Source of the DNA: Mantamonas sphyraenae STR306
Lineage: Eukaryota; Protista; CRuMs
DNA: 64,000 bases
Direction: 5' to 3'
Assembly (NCBI GenBank): GCA_026936335.1
Contig: JAPMXV010000044.1
Location: 248,001 to 312,000 of the forward strand
The first letter of the stretch is position 1. Each line of letters opens with the position of its first letter. This document shows, piece by piece, positions 37,635-50,533 of the stretch. The translations under genes were made by a program, and so were the position numbers. The notes under the pieces were generated by a model. That model saw only the letters and a program-made list of their open reading frames with translations, made no database searches and was not told the DNA's origin.

Positions 37635-39323
37635 TCATGCCTTGCTACTGCTGCTGCTGCTGCTGCTGCTGCTGGGTGTGTTGAGGAGCGAAGAGGCAAC
37701 CTCGTCGGCTTCGGGAGGTCCACGCGAGCCAAATGGGTACTTGATGGGTTCGATGCGTTTGCTTTCCAGCTCGTGGAGCAGCGGCGTAAAGATTTCCCAG
37801 GCGCGTGCGAGCTCGTCGTCTCGCACAAAGTGCTGGTGCGACCCCTTGATGACGTCGTAGATGAGGCGCACGTAGGCATCGGGCCATTCCGTGTCCACCT
37901 TTTGGCGATAGGTCAAGTCGAGGTCGGACTCGAGCACCTCTTCGCCCAGACCGGGCTTCTTTACGGCCATCTTCATGTAGATGGCCTCGTTGGGCTGCAC
38001 ACGCATGACGAGTTCGTTGTGGCGTTGCTCGCCAAAGAAGCCGCCCGTGGTGTCCTTGAACTGCACGCGGATCTCCATCTTGCGCTCGTCCAGACCCTTG
38101 CCACATTTGATGACCCAGGGCACGCCCTGCCAGCGTTCGTTGTCCACGTACATGACGGCCTGGGCAAACGTGGGTGTCACCGAGTCGTCCGGCACCGTCT
38201 TGTCGTCACGGTAGCCGTGCTGGATGATGGTACGGTCGTCTTCCTCCTTGGTCCAGCCTTCGTACTGGCCCACAATCACGTCGTCTGCGTGCAGGACGCG
38301 GATGTGTTTGAGCACGTCCACCTTGGCGTCTCGAATGGCCTCTGCTTCGTTCTTTGCCGGTCGTTCCATGGCCACCAGCGTCATCACTTGCATCAGATGG
38401 TTCTGCATGACGTCTCGGATGATGCCAAAGCTGTCAAAGTAGCCTCCGCGGCCACCTGTACCGATGTCCTCCTTAAAGGTGATCTTGACCCCCAGGATGT
38501 GTTCTGCGTTCCACAGCGACTCGAAGATGGAGTTTGCAAACCGGAGCGTCATCAGGTTTTGTACCATCTCTTTGCCAAGGTAGTGGTCGATACGGAAGAT
38601 CTGCGACTCATCCAGGTAGGTGCTGACGGTGCGGTTGAGGGCGGCGGAACTGTCCGAATCGTGGCCAAAGGGCTTCTCGATGATGAAGCGGTTGAATCCA
38701 GAGTCGGACAGACTGTTCTGCGTGCATTCCTTGACGACGGAACCAAACACGGACGGGGGCAGGGCGAGGTAAAAGAGGCGATTGGCCACCGTGCTGCCCA
38801 GGTTGCTCTCAAAGCCGCAGAGGGCCGAGTGCAACTGGCGAAAGTCGGAGCCACGGTCGTAGCTGCCAGCAACGTAGGTGATGCGCTCGAGAAAGTGGGG
38901 CAGCTTCTCCTGGCGAGCATCGGTGGAAACGTCCAGGCGGCCGGAGATTTGTGTGCGGAACTGCTCGGTGGACTTTTTGCTGCGTGCGTACCCAATGATG
39001 CTTGTGTTGCTGGGCAACAGGTCGCTGACAAACAGGGAAAACAGGGCGGGAAAGGTCTTTTTCTTGGCCAGGTCGCCCGAGGCGCCAAAGACAATGATGA
39101 CAAGCGACTCGACCTCGTCCACGTGCGAGTCGGCCTCAATGGAGGAAAACACGTCGGTGAGAGACACACCAAGGCCGCGCAGGATTCCTTGCGGCGAGTC
39201 GGTGGAGGACGGGCTGGATGCACCGGAGCTTGGGGTGGAGGAGGCGCCAGCGGAGGCGCCGGAAACGGAAGTTTCGTCGACGACAGAAATCTGCGGTGTG
39301 GCTGAGTCTGTGGCTGAGGACAT
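37635..39323 (-). CDS. G6PD: Glucose-6-phosphate 1-dehydrogenase (intronless)
   Basis: GASGDLAKKK, EKPFG, RIDHYLGKE, GIIRDVMQNHL. Confidence 0.98.
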   Translation of the reverse strand: MSSATDSATPQISVVDETSVSGASAGASSTPSSGASSPSSTDSPQGILRGLGVSLTDVFSSIEADSHVDEVESLVIIVFGASGDLAKKKTFPALFSLFVSDLLPSNTSIIGYARSKKSTEQFRTQISGRLDVSTDARQEKLPHFLERITYVAGSYDRGSDFRQLHSALCGFESNLGSTVANRLFYLALPPSVFGSVVKECTQNSLSDSGFNRFIIEKPFGHDSDSSAALNRTVSTYLDESQIFRIDHYLGKEMVQNLMTLRFANSIFESLWNAEHILGVKITFKEDIGTGGRGGYFDSFGIIRDVMQNHLMQVMTLVAMERPAKNEAEAIRDAKVDVLKHIRVLHADDVIVGQYEGWTKEEDDRTIIQHGYRDDKTVPDDSVTPTFAQAVMYVDNERWQGVPWVIKCGKGLDERKMEIRVQFKDTTGGFFGEQRHNELVMRVQPNEAIYMKMAVKKPGLGEEVLESDLDLTYRQKVDTEWPDAYVRLIYDVIKGSHQHFVRDDELARAWEIFTPLLHELESKRIEPIKYPFGSRGPPEADEVASSLLNTPSSSSSSSSSSKA

Positions 39324-39523
39324 GGTGGCAAGAGTGAGGCAGACCCACGAGGTGATTGCCAAGAAGAAGAGGAGGAGGAGAGGACGGGCGGTGATGGTGA
39401 CCGCCGGGAGCAAGTGGGGAGAAAGAAAGGTTGGTTTACAGTGTAGTTGACGACTGGAGTCTTCATTGATGCTTGTGTGCTTGGAGATCGTCTCGTCTCG
39501 AGTACATCTTTGTGTCAATGGCT

Positions 39524-41748
39524 TCACACGTCGAGCGTCGTGTGCAAGGAACGAGTGGTGCGTTGTTCCTGTTCGAGAACGGCGGGATCGTCGGGAATGA
39601 AACTGGGAATGCCCTGCGATGAATGGCTTGTGCCATCGTTGTCGTTGTGCAAATGCGCAGTGGCTTCCGGATGCTGGAAGAGCCAGGGTTCGGAGTCCGG
39701 GTTGGGTTCGTAGAGGGCAAAGTGGACGAGGTTGTTCATGTCACCCTTGTCAAATTTGTTGGGCAAGCGGTGGCCCTGGGCGTCGTGGAGGTAGGGCAAC
39801 CTGTGCCAGAGGGAGTGTTCCACGCCTGTGTTGCCGTTGCGCAGGGTGGTGATCTGCGACAGGAGGAGGCCGATCATAAAGAGCAGGAACAGCGAAAGGT
39901 AGGCATGGACAAAGAGGTTGCGCGGGTGGTTGTTGGCCATGTACAGGAAAGATTGCCAGGCGTTCATGTGTGGTTCGGTGTGGGGCACGAGGAGGCGTGC
40001 GACACGGAGAAACTCCACAAGAGCGACGATGGCGCAGAGGGAGCCCGAGAGCAGAAAGAGGACAAAGAGACGATGGTTGCCTGCGCCTACACAGTTGTCA
40101 ATCCAGGGACAGTGGTGATCCATGACGGGAACGCAGACGCGACAGGTGGTGCAGTGCCAGCTGCGTTCGGGTTGCCACAGCTGGCAGTGTGCACAGTACC
40201 GTTCCAGCGAGTGGTGTGTGTCCAAGTGTTGCGCCGGAGTGCGTTGGTTGGGCACGCGGCGCAGGTGCACGGGCCCATCCATGGCCCGTGCATGCAGAAA
40301 GGCAGTGAGCAGGGTGCCGACCAGAATCACCAGGGTGGCAAACACGTGTGCGCTGCGCGTGTAGTTGGACATGACCATGATGGGTACCAACACATAGTTG
40401 ACTTCCACAAGACCCACAAAGAAGCGGTTCCCCTTTGCAGGCACACGTGCCAACTGGTGCCGAAAATTGGCCACCGTAAAGGCCGTCGCCACCACCATGG
40501 CCAATGCCCACAGGCCACTCCACATGGGCAGCAGCCACACAAAGAGGGAAAACCAAAGCAAGGGCAACAGACGCTGCGCATGCCTTTGGTTGGCCGGGCT
40601 AAGGTTGTCGTTCAACATCTTGTGCAGCACGCGGCTGCGGTACATGTACTGGGACACCTCTCTGTGTCGTTGCATGCCACACACAAACACAGGTGCATGT
40701 CCGTGGCTGTCCAGGGCGTACGGGTTGGCTCCTGCATCTGCCAGGACGTCGTACACCCCCGGTGACCCTGCGTGTCCTGCCCAATGCATCGCTGTGCGTC
40801 CATACGTGTCTGTACGCGACACATCTGCCCCGTGGCTCAGCAGCAGTGAGGCCATTTTGTGGTGGCCTCCCATAGCCGCATGCATCAGCGCCGTTTGGGC
40901 TTTGCTGTCCGTCGCATCCACCCTGCATCCAAGTGACAGCAGATACGTGGCCGTCTGCAGGTTGTTCTCCTGTGTGTGTTGTGTTTTGGTTATGGGGAAA
41001 GGGTCACGGTGAGTCCTGTTGTCGAGCGAGTGATGAAGTGCTGCTGTGGCTGTGTGTGTGTGTGTGTGCGTGTGCGTACCTTTGCGGCGAGATGGAGGGC
41101 GCCGGCACGCGTGTTGTCGACGGCGTCGACGCGCGCATGGTTGCTCGCGAGCCAGTGCACCATCTTTACATTGTCCGACTCGGCAGAGACGGCAGCCAGG
41201 AGCGGTGTCATGCCTGTGCTGGGGTTGGCTGCGTTGGGGTTGGCACCGGCACGCAGCAGGTGGCTCACAAGCACGTAGTTGCTCGTGCGTGCCGCGTGCT
41301 CCATCGCTGTGCTTCCGTACTGGTCACGCGAGTCCACAGGAAAGCCCGCACGCAACAACGCCTCGCAGTGTGTTGTTTCCTTGTGCTTGGCCAGCACAGG
41401 AAGCAAGTCTCCGGGCAGTGATTGTGCATCCACCGACTCGGGGTCCAGCACCCCTGCCAGCGCCGCCTCCTTCAGAAACTCCATGGCCCCAATCTCCGAT
41501 CCATGTGTGCCTGCACCATTGTCATCCTCTCCGTCGTGTTCGTGGTGCTGTTGGTGATGGTGCCTCTCCCACGGCATTGTCTGCTGCTGCTGCTGCTGCT
41601 GCTGCCGTGCACGCTGCGCTTTTCGCTTCTCTCGCAGCGCTTCAATCTGTTTGCGGATGGCAGACTCATTCTCCCGCTGCTGGTCCAATCGCACTTTGTG
41701 CACGCGTTCCGCCTCTGCAGCACTGTGCGCCGTCTCTGCTGGCAGCAT
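39524..41748 (-). CDS. Ankyrin-repeat DHHC palmitoyltransferase (AKR1/ZDHHC17-like); intron 41079-40970; start uncertain
   Basis: Ankyrin repeats (TGMTPLLAAV, GRTAMHWA), TM helices, C..C..DHHCPWIDNCVG. Confidence 0.9.
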
Positions 41749-41881
41749 TGCCTGAGAGAGACAAAGAGACAGAAGATTGTTTGGATCTGGTGGAGCAGAG
41801 CATTGCACATTTCCATCCATGCTTCCCCTCCCCCTCCTTTCCCCCGTTGTCCCTCCTTCCAAATCTGCTTCACCAACCAAC

Positions 41882-43776
41882 TCACTTGGCTTTGACGTGC
41901 ACGGTGATGACGTCGCCGTGCTGGACGGCGACGTGGTGGATGAAGATCGTGTTGTGTTGGTGGCTCCAAGAGGCGCTCTCGTTGGGCAGGATGGTCACGT
42001 CGTAGCCGTTCGGATAGTGGTACTGCTCGTTGACGTAGATTTCCGCGTCGCCCTCGGCTGCGCTGTCGATGGTGTACTCCAGGATGATTTCGCCCGTGTT
42101 CCATTGGTACACAAAGTTGTTGGGCGTACCCGGCAGACTCACCGGGTAGGAACGTGTCAGTGCACGCACCTTGGCCGTTTGCAGGTCGCCGTTGCTGCCG
42201 TAGAAGCCCTCGTAGTCGCCGGTACTGGCCGTGGTGATGTCGTGGAACGACTTGAATTGCCAGTAGATGTAGCTCTGGAAGTACCTCTGGGCCTCGTCCA
42301 TGACAAAGTCCATGCCCTCCACGCCTGCAGTGTCGTTCCAGTTGGCGCCAAACTCGGTGATGATGCCTCCGCCGCCCAGGCGCTTGACGTCCTGTGCCCG
42401 ATCTTGCAATCCAATGTCCTCCTGAAAGTCGCAGATGACCTGATTGCGCGGATCGTTCGCTTGGTTCGTGTCGCCGCAGTAGATGTGGTACGACAGCGCC
42501 TGGCGATCGTTGTAGGCTGCGCCGCCGGGTCCCTCCGTCATGCCCGTTTTGGCCAGGCTGTTCACTGCCGGTTCGTAAAAGATGATTTTGTCGTTGTCCA
42601 CCTGACGGATGGCCTTGCCACCTCTGCGTAAAAGGGTTGCAGCAGGTCCCGCTCCATCTCTGCGGGCAGCAGCAGACCGGGGTTCTTGATCACGTTTCCG
42701 GGCCACGGCTCGTTGATGATCTCGTAGCCGAGGACGTTGGGTCGGTTCTTAAACACACGTGCCACCGCCTGCCAGTACGCCTCAAACACCTTGGCGGCGC
42801 CGTTGCGGTTGTGGAACAGCGAGTTGAAACTCTCGCCCACGGCTTCACTGAAGTAGTACCGAGCGAAGCTCTTGACCAGCTCCAGGCACACCTTGATCTC
42901 CGGATAGCCCGTGTTGGGGTCCTTGGGGATGTCCTTGAACACTGCCGGGAACGGAAACGCCGCTGTGCCGTTCGGGAGCAACATGTGCGCCACAAAGTCT
43001 GGCACTCCCTCGCCACAGAAGAACGGCGACAGCAGATCCTGATGGCAATCCAGGATGACGTAGATGTTACGCTGTGCCATCTGGTCCACAAGCTCAGCCA
43101 TCGTCTGCAGGTATGTTTCGTTCACAGTGGCATTGTTCGGCATGACTCCCTGCCACTGGATGCCCAGACGCACCACGTTGAATCCCCACTCCTTGAGATC
43201 GTCCTGTGTGTGGATAGTGTGTGTGTGTGTGTGGGAGGGTAGTGCGTCAGCGCCATCGTCTGCAGGACGGGGGCAAACGTTTTTGGAGTGTGCGGCTGAG
43301 GTGAAAATGGTCTGAACCTCGTGTACGACCGCATGGCCACACAGCCACGCTCACCGAACAGACCACACTACGCAGGTGGTGCTTAGCTGAACCATGTGGC
43401 ACTAATGCAGGGACAGGGTCGTGTGGGGCTGCCATGGCCAGGTGGTACGAGCACCGGAAACGGGGGAGAAACATGCCCGCGTTGCGAGGATGGAAAAAGG
43501 CGGAAGGCGGCATTGGGGAGGAGGACACGTTGGACAACATACGAGATCCTTGCTGCACATGGACAGCTGCGGGTCGAAGCGGTCGGTGACTGGGTGGTAG
43601 GGAGGGATCTTGTAGACGCTGTTGACGCCGCGGAAGAAGCGCGTGCGTCCGGTCTCGTCGACAAAGTAGCTGGTGTCTGGATTGACCTTGATGGTGGACA
43701 CATTGGCAGCAGCAGAAACAGCCACTGTGGCTGTGGCCAGCACAAAGAGCAGTGCAAAGAGCGTGCTGATGCGCAT
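41882..43776 (-). CDS. Endoglycoceramidase (GH5), secreted; intron ~43541-43204; frame break at ~42615
   Basis: Signal peptide, FRGVN, WGFNVVRLG, ILDCHQD, GYEIINEP (acid/base), ITEFG (nucleophile), YWQFK. Confidence 0.9.
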
Positions 43777-43962
43777 GTGGCTGTTCTTGATTTGCATCAC
43801 ACCGCGCTCTTGCGCACGTGGATGTACACACGACACGACAGTGCTTTTTTGGTACAACCAAACGCAACAAGGATGGCCAATCGATACAATGGAACGTTGC
43901 AGTGCAGTGAAACCTGAATCCCATCTGCGGTTGTAGATGCAAAACAACCACAGGAAACCATC

Positions 43963-46212
43963 ATGAAGGTGTGTGGCTTGATCAGTGGTGGGAAGGATTC
44001 AATCTTCAACCTTGTGGAATGTGTGCGCATGGGCCATGAGCTGGTGTGTGTGGCAAATCTGTATCCTGGAGACGAGGTGGAGGGCGACGAGGTGGATTCG
44101 TACATGTTCCAAACAGTGGGCCACAACGTGATCGAAGCGGTGGCAACCTGCCTGGACGTGCCTCTGTACCGACAGGCAATCAAGGGGACGCAAAAGACGA
44201 CGTCGCTGGAATACCGCGCAGCCGAAGGGGACGAGGTGGAAGATCTTCAGATGCTGCTGGAAACCGTGCTTGCGGCACAGCCCGAGGTGGAGGCTGTGTC
44301 GTCGGGTGCACTGCTGTCGGACTACCAGAGGCTGCGTGTGGAGCATGTGTGCCACGGGTTGGGTCTGACGTCGCTGGCGTACATGTGGCAGCGCTCGCAG
44401 CGTGAACTGCTGCAGGCCATGCAAGAGGCACAGCTTGAGGCGGTGCTGGTCAAGGTGGCGTCCTTGGGACTGAGTGAAAAGCATCTGGGACGCAGTGTGA
44501 CGGGACTCTATGACTTTCTGTGCGACCTTAACCAGAAGTATGGCGTGAACGAGTGTGGAGAGGGTGGCGAGTACGAGTCGCTTGTGCTGGACTGTCCTCT
44601 CTTTGCACGCCAGCGCATCGTGTTGGACAAAAGCAAAGTGGTGGTGCATTCCGACGACGACGTCGTGCAGGTGGCCTACCTTCACGTGCAGGAGCTGCAC
44701 CTGGAGGAGAAGGACGAGCCGCCCCCACCCTCTCTGCTGGCTCCTGTCGAGGTGGACGTGGCCACCCTGGAGGACATTGACACCCAGAATGTGGACAAAC
44801 AGGGCCATGGCATGTTTTCCTGCATGATGACGGCCTCACGTGTGGGTCAGCACCTGTACGTACAGGGGGTCGCCGCAAACGCCGAGGATCTGGAGATGGT
44901 GGCTGATGCAGATGAACTGAGAGCCATCCAGGAGGCACAGGGGCTCACCCAGATGGCCACGGAGGTGAAGCGTATTTTTGCGGGGTTGAAGGGAATGTTG
45001 GCGGCCATGGAGGGTGGGTTCCGGATGGAACACGTGCGGTTTGTGGACATCCGTGTGGCGGACATGGGTCTGTTTGGGGAACTCAATGCGGCGTACCTGG
45101 AGGAGTTTGGCATCTACAAACCACCTGCACGAGCCTGTGTGCAGACGTTCCTCGGGGGCGACAAGGTGGTGGAGATGGACTTTGCACTTCAGCAGCCCGA
45201 GCAAGGCAGCAGCAGCAACAACAACAGCAGCGGAAGCGGCAGCAGCAGCAGCAGCGGTGGTGGTGGTGATCAGGATCACACGCTGGGAAGACAGAGTTTG
45301 CACGTGCAGTCGATTTCCAAGTGGGCACCCGCGTGCATTGGGCCGTACGCACAGGCAAACGTGGTGGACCATGTGTGCACGCTTGCAGGGCAGATTGGGT
45401 TGGTGCCCGAGACAATGACGATGGTGGCCGGTGGGGTGGAGGCTCAGGCGGCGCTGGTGTGGCAACACGTTGATCGCGTGTTGCGAGCGGTCAAATCGCA
45501 TCTGGGCAGGGCTGTGATGCACAAGGTGTTTGTGCGCCGTGTGGACGACGCTGTGGTCGTGCGCCAGGCGTGGCAGGCTTACTGCGAAGCCAACGAAGTG
45601 GAAATGGTGGTTACGCAACCGTTGATGCAGGTGGTGCAGGTGCAACACCTGCCCAGGAACGCGCTCGTCGAGGTGTGCACCATTGCGGTTGACAACACCA
45701 TCCCGGGTTCTCGTCTCCTCTGTGTGCCAGCAGAACCTGGGACAAACGAACCCAGCTTCACCGTTTCTGCCGTGGCGCTGCGCAGGGTAGCAACCAGCGA
45801 CGATGACGAGGACGACGAAGTCGATGGTGATGGCAACGCACCGGGGCCGTTGGACACGGTCTGGCTCTCTGTGGTCTCTACTGAGGGGTACTACGACACA
45901 GCCGACTCATTGGGGGGAGTCCTGTGGACTGCAACGGAGCAAGCCCTGGCAAAGATGGCAGAGCAGAGCCAGGACGATGCGATCGAGGCCGAGGAGGTTT
46001 CGATGGCCTCGTTGCATGGGTACAGCACGGCCACCACGATGCACCCCACCGTTCTGGGCTCCCTCTGCGAAGTTCTTCTGCCCGATCCACAGCGTCGTGT
46101 ACAATATTGGTGCGAAATGGTGGGTGCCGGGTCCTACATCGCTTGCGAAGCTGTGGACGGCGGCCAACTCGCTCTCCTTGCCGTGCTGCACCGGCCAGAC
46201 CCACGCGAATGA
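43963..46212 (+). CDS. DPH6: Diphthine--ammonia ligase with two RidA/YjgF domains
   Basis: MKVCGLISGGKDS, DSYMFQTVG, GEGGEYES, LHVQSISKWAPACIGPYAQA. Confidence 0.96.
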   Translation: MKVCGLISGGKDSIFNLVECVRMGHELVCVANLYPGDEVEGDEVDSYMFQTVGHNVIEAVATCLDVPLYRQAIKGTQKTTSLEYRAAEGDEVEDLQMLLETVLAAQPEVEAVSSGALLSDYQRLRVEHVCHGLGLTSLAYMWQRSQRELLQAMQEAQLEAVLVKVASLGLSEKHLGRSVTGLYDFLCDLNQKYGVNECGEGGEYESLVLDCPLFARQRIVLDKSKVVVHSDDDVVQVAYLHVQELHLEEKDEPPPPSLLAPVEVDVATLEDIDTQNVDKQGHGMFSCMMTASRVGQHLYVQGVAANAEDLEMVADADELRAIQEAQGLTQMATEVKRIFAGLKGMLAAMEGGFRMEHVRFVDIRVADMGLFGELNAAYLEEFGIYKPPARACVQTFLGGDKVVEMDFALQQPEQGSSSNNNSSGSGSSSSSGGGGDQDHTLGRQSLHVQSISKWAPACIGPYAQANVVDHVCTLAGQIGLVPETMTMVAGGVEAQAALVWQHVDRVLRAVKSHLGRAVMHKVFVRRVDDAVVVRQAWQAYCEANEVEMVVTQPLMQVVQVQHLPRNALVEVCTIAVDNTIPGSRLLCVPAEPGTNEPSFTVSAVALRRVATSDDDEDDEVDGDGNAPGPLDTVWLSVVSTEGYYDTADSLGGVLWTATEQALAKMAEQSQDDAIEAEEVSMASLHGYSTATTMHPTVLGSLCEVLLPDPQRRVQYWCEMVGAGSYIACEAVDGGQLALLAVLHRPDPRE

Positions 46213-46280
46213 AACAACAACAACCGAAAAGGGAATTGTGTGGAAAGCTGTGTGTGGGATTGATTCACTCATTGCCGCGC

Positions 46281-47581
<1,301 letters not shown>

Positions 47582-47838
47582 GTTGACTTGATGTGGTGTG
47601 TGTGCGTGTGTGTGTGTGCGTGTGTGTTGTACTGGTGCTTGCTGTTGCAGGTGCCGTTGTCGCGGTGATGTGCGTGGGTGCTTTTTTTGGTTTGTCTGTG
47701 CAGCGCGCGCGCGCACTCGCCTCCAACGCCCATCCCGCTCGCGCTTTCGCACTCTCAGACTCGCGAGGTGCACACAAAACAAATCCATAGAGGCATTCGT
47801 GGGAGGCACACATCGACACAAGCCACACAGACACACCC

Positions 47839-48981
47839 ATGACAAGCACGAGAACGGCGGGGGTTTCCACAGCTCTGGGGCTGGCATTGGTGCTGCTGCT
47901 GTGCTCACAGGTGGTCCACACGGTGGCAAACACAGAGAAAGAGGCTTTGAAAGAACAGACAGCGACAGGGGAAGCCCAGGGCAAGAATGAGACGGAAGAA
48001 GCACAGGTCGTGGAGCATTGTTCGCGGCAGCAGTCGCGTCTTGTGCGATACAGACTGAATGAGGTGAGTGGCAGGCATCCAACGAGAGCTGCACACGACA
48101 TGGTGGATGTTCAAGGGGCATTCGAGAAAGGATGTGCGTGGGGGCGACGCGTGAAGAGGGGGTGGTGGATTCCGGCGGCCGGCTGACGCAGGGATGGGCC
48201 ACCCATGCAGTTCTTTTATCCGACAGTGGAACGTGAGGGATACACACTGCCGAGTCGGTGTCCGTTGAGGAAGGAGCTGGACTTTGTGCGGGAGCACGAG
48301 GAGAGCAAGAGTTCGTCGTACCAGTACAAGTGGAAGTGCAAGCGGTGTGGCAAGGCCTTCAAGGGGGAGAAGTACCTGGACAAGCACTTGGCGAACAAGC
48401 ACCCGTTCACGGTGGAAGAGATCACAGGCAAGGTGTGTCTGGCGGACTTTGCCGACGTGACGTTGCACGTGCCACTCACAGGAGCACACCTGAACCAGCA
48501 TCCGGACGACAGAGAGTATGAGAACTGGCTGCAGGAGCAGGCACGCGTCAATCGCGCCTGTTCGCCGGCCAAGATGGAAGAGAGGCGATTCCGATGCCAG
48601 GCGGTGCTGTACCGCTGTTTCCCGGCGGATGACGGCCCACTGGCAAACCAGCTGCACGAACTGTTTTACAAACAGTTCTGTAGCAAGCTGGTATGTGCAT
48701 CGGGCGGCTCTGCAGGCGGCGGAATGGGTGCAGGAGGCACCGGAGGCGGCGGCGTGGGAACACAACGCAATGCCATCCCCAGCACACGGGAAGGGGTCTT
48801 TCAGAGGTTGCACCTGGCCATGGTGGTGATTGTCGTGCTTGTTCTGGTGGCTTTCTACCTGGGCTACTACTTTTACTACCGCGAGGTGAATCTGGCCAGC
48901 GAGCTGCAGCGTCTGCGGGAGTCGCGGCACTCGCTTCGAAACAGTCTGTTTGGCAGAAAGAAAAAGGTAAAAGCATATTGA
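47839..48981 (+). CDS. Signal-peptide, luminal C2H2 zinc-finger, single-TM protein; intron 48064-48210
   Basis: [46 protein letters not shown]-terminal TM plus basic tail. Confidence 0.8.
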
Positions 48982-49066
48982 ATGGACTGTTCCTCCTCCC
49001 CCGTTCAACTCTCTCTCTGTGTGTGTGTCTGTCTGTGCGAAGCCGCGGACACCGAAAACAACGACG

Positions 49067-50509
49067 ATGGAGGTGTCCGAGGAAGTGGCCGAGTTTCTTG
49101 TGTCGCAGTTTGCCGAGTGTGGGGGCGACGCAAGCAAGTTTGAGGATGTGCTGGACGCAGGGTTGGTGGAGGACATGGTGTGGCAGATGGTGGGTGTGTT
49201 GCAGCAGCTGCCGAACGTGGTGGAGGTGAAGGTGGAGTGCACGGCCGAGCTTGCACAGACACAACAGGCGGGGATGGGCACACTGGACGGACTGGACGAC
49301 AAACACGTGCATGTCAACGTGGTGGGCGACCTGCACGGCCAGTTCTACGACCTGTTGCATCTGTTTGAAATCAACGGACGACCGAGCGAGTCGAACCCGT
49401 ACGTGTTCCTGGGTGACTACGTGGACCGAGGCTCGTGGGCGCTGGAGGTGCTGTGTACGCTGATGTGTTACAAGCTGATGTATCCGAATCACGTGCACAT
49501 GCTGCGTGGCAACCACGAGACGGAGTATTGCTCACGCAACTTTGGCTTTTGGGGCGAGTTGGAGCGCAAACTCGGCGACAACGCGGCCTCCGTCTACCAC
49601 GCCTTTCTGTTTATGTTCCAGGCACTGCCTGTGGCGGCGTTGGTGCACCCATTTAGCTGTGCACACGCCGAGTCTGGCAAGGAGGAGGTGGAGAAAGGGG
49701 AGGAGGAGGAGGAGGAGGAGGAGGAGGAGAACACCACGTCGTCCTCCAGTTCCTCCACCAGCACAGAGATGGTGGTGGAGACGACGACGACAACGACAAC
49801 GACACAAGAGCGTGTGCTTTGTGTGCACGGCGGCCTGTTTCGGTCGTCGACGAGGAACAGTGAGCCAGGTTCGCTGGAGGAGTTGCTTGCGGCGAACCGG
49901 GCGATTGAGCCGAAGAACGGCAACATCGTGGACGATGTGCTGTGGAGTGACCCGTGTGGAATGGACGAGGTGAAACGGACGGGTAGCACGTTCCGTGCGA
50001 ATCGCATGCGCGGCACGGGGATCGAGTTTGGACCCGAATTTACACAGGCCTTTCTGGAGCTCAACGGCTGTGTGATGGTGGTGCGTGCGCATGAGGGGCC
50101 CGACGCACGCATCAAGCGCGACAACGCAGGCGTGCACATGCAACCGATGATGGATGGGTACTCAGTGGACCACGACACCCAGAAGGGCAAGCTGATGACC
50201 GTGTTTTCGGCCCCCAATTACCCGCAGGGGGAGCTGGCACACGGCAACGCAGGCTGCACTATGCGTTTGCACGTGGGCCAGGCCGTGCCCTTGCAAACAG
50301 AGACGGATGAGCGGACAACCAAGGTGCAGGGAGGCAGCAGTGAGGGCAAAACAACCTTGACAATGTTTGGACGAACGAAACAGGGCAAGCAATCATCGCT
50401 GCGTGACCAGGATGAAGTCAAGGCGACGTGTTTGGCGCCCGTGCGTGTGAGTGAGCACACAGTGGTGAACATGGTGCAGTATCTGGCGGTGGAGCACCCG
50501 GCGGTGTAA
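49067..50509 (+). CDS. PPP Ser/Thr phosphatase, PP7-like
   Basis: GDLHGQ, GDYVDRG, RGNHE, HGG, LWSDP, RAHEGPDAR, GYSVDH..GKLMTVFSAPNYPQ. Confidence 0.9.
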   Translation: MEVSEEVAEFLVSQFAECGGDASKFEDVLDAGLVEDMVWQMVGVLQQLPNVVEVKVECTAELAQTQQAGMGTLDGLDDKHVHVNVVGDLHGQFYDLLHLFEINGRPSESNPYVFLGDYVDRGSWALEVLCTLMCYKLMYPNHVHMLRGNHETEYCSRNFGFWGELERKLGDNAASVYHAFLFMFQALPVAALVHPFSCAHAESGKEEVEKGEEEEEEEEEENTTSSSSSSTSTEMVVETTTTTTTTQERVLCVHGGLFRSSTRNSEPGSLEELLAANRAIEPKNGNIVDDVLWSDPCGMDEVKRTGSTFRANRMRGTGIEFGPEFTQAFLELNGCVMVVRAHEGPDARIKRDNAGVHMQPMMDGYSVDHDTQKGKLMTVFSAPNYPQGELAHGNAGCTMRLHVGQAVPLQTETDERTTKVQGGSSEGKTTLTMFGRTKQGKQSSLRDQDEVKATCLAPVRVSEHTVVNMVQYLAVEHPAV

Positions 50510-50533
50510 TAGAATCGTCTTTGCAGAGACCCA

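Noticed and set aside
37611-39305. Long antisense ORFs (also 8248-9801, 16506-17879, 30389-31984 and others)
   Set aside because: In-register shadows of high-GC3 genes on the opposite strand.
42600-42630. Endoglycoceramidase pseudogene or 20-nt intron
   Set aside because: One missing base restores VAKAIRQVD, a helix expected in the family that the mini-intron would delete. Both halves are otherwise intact.
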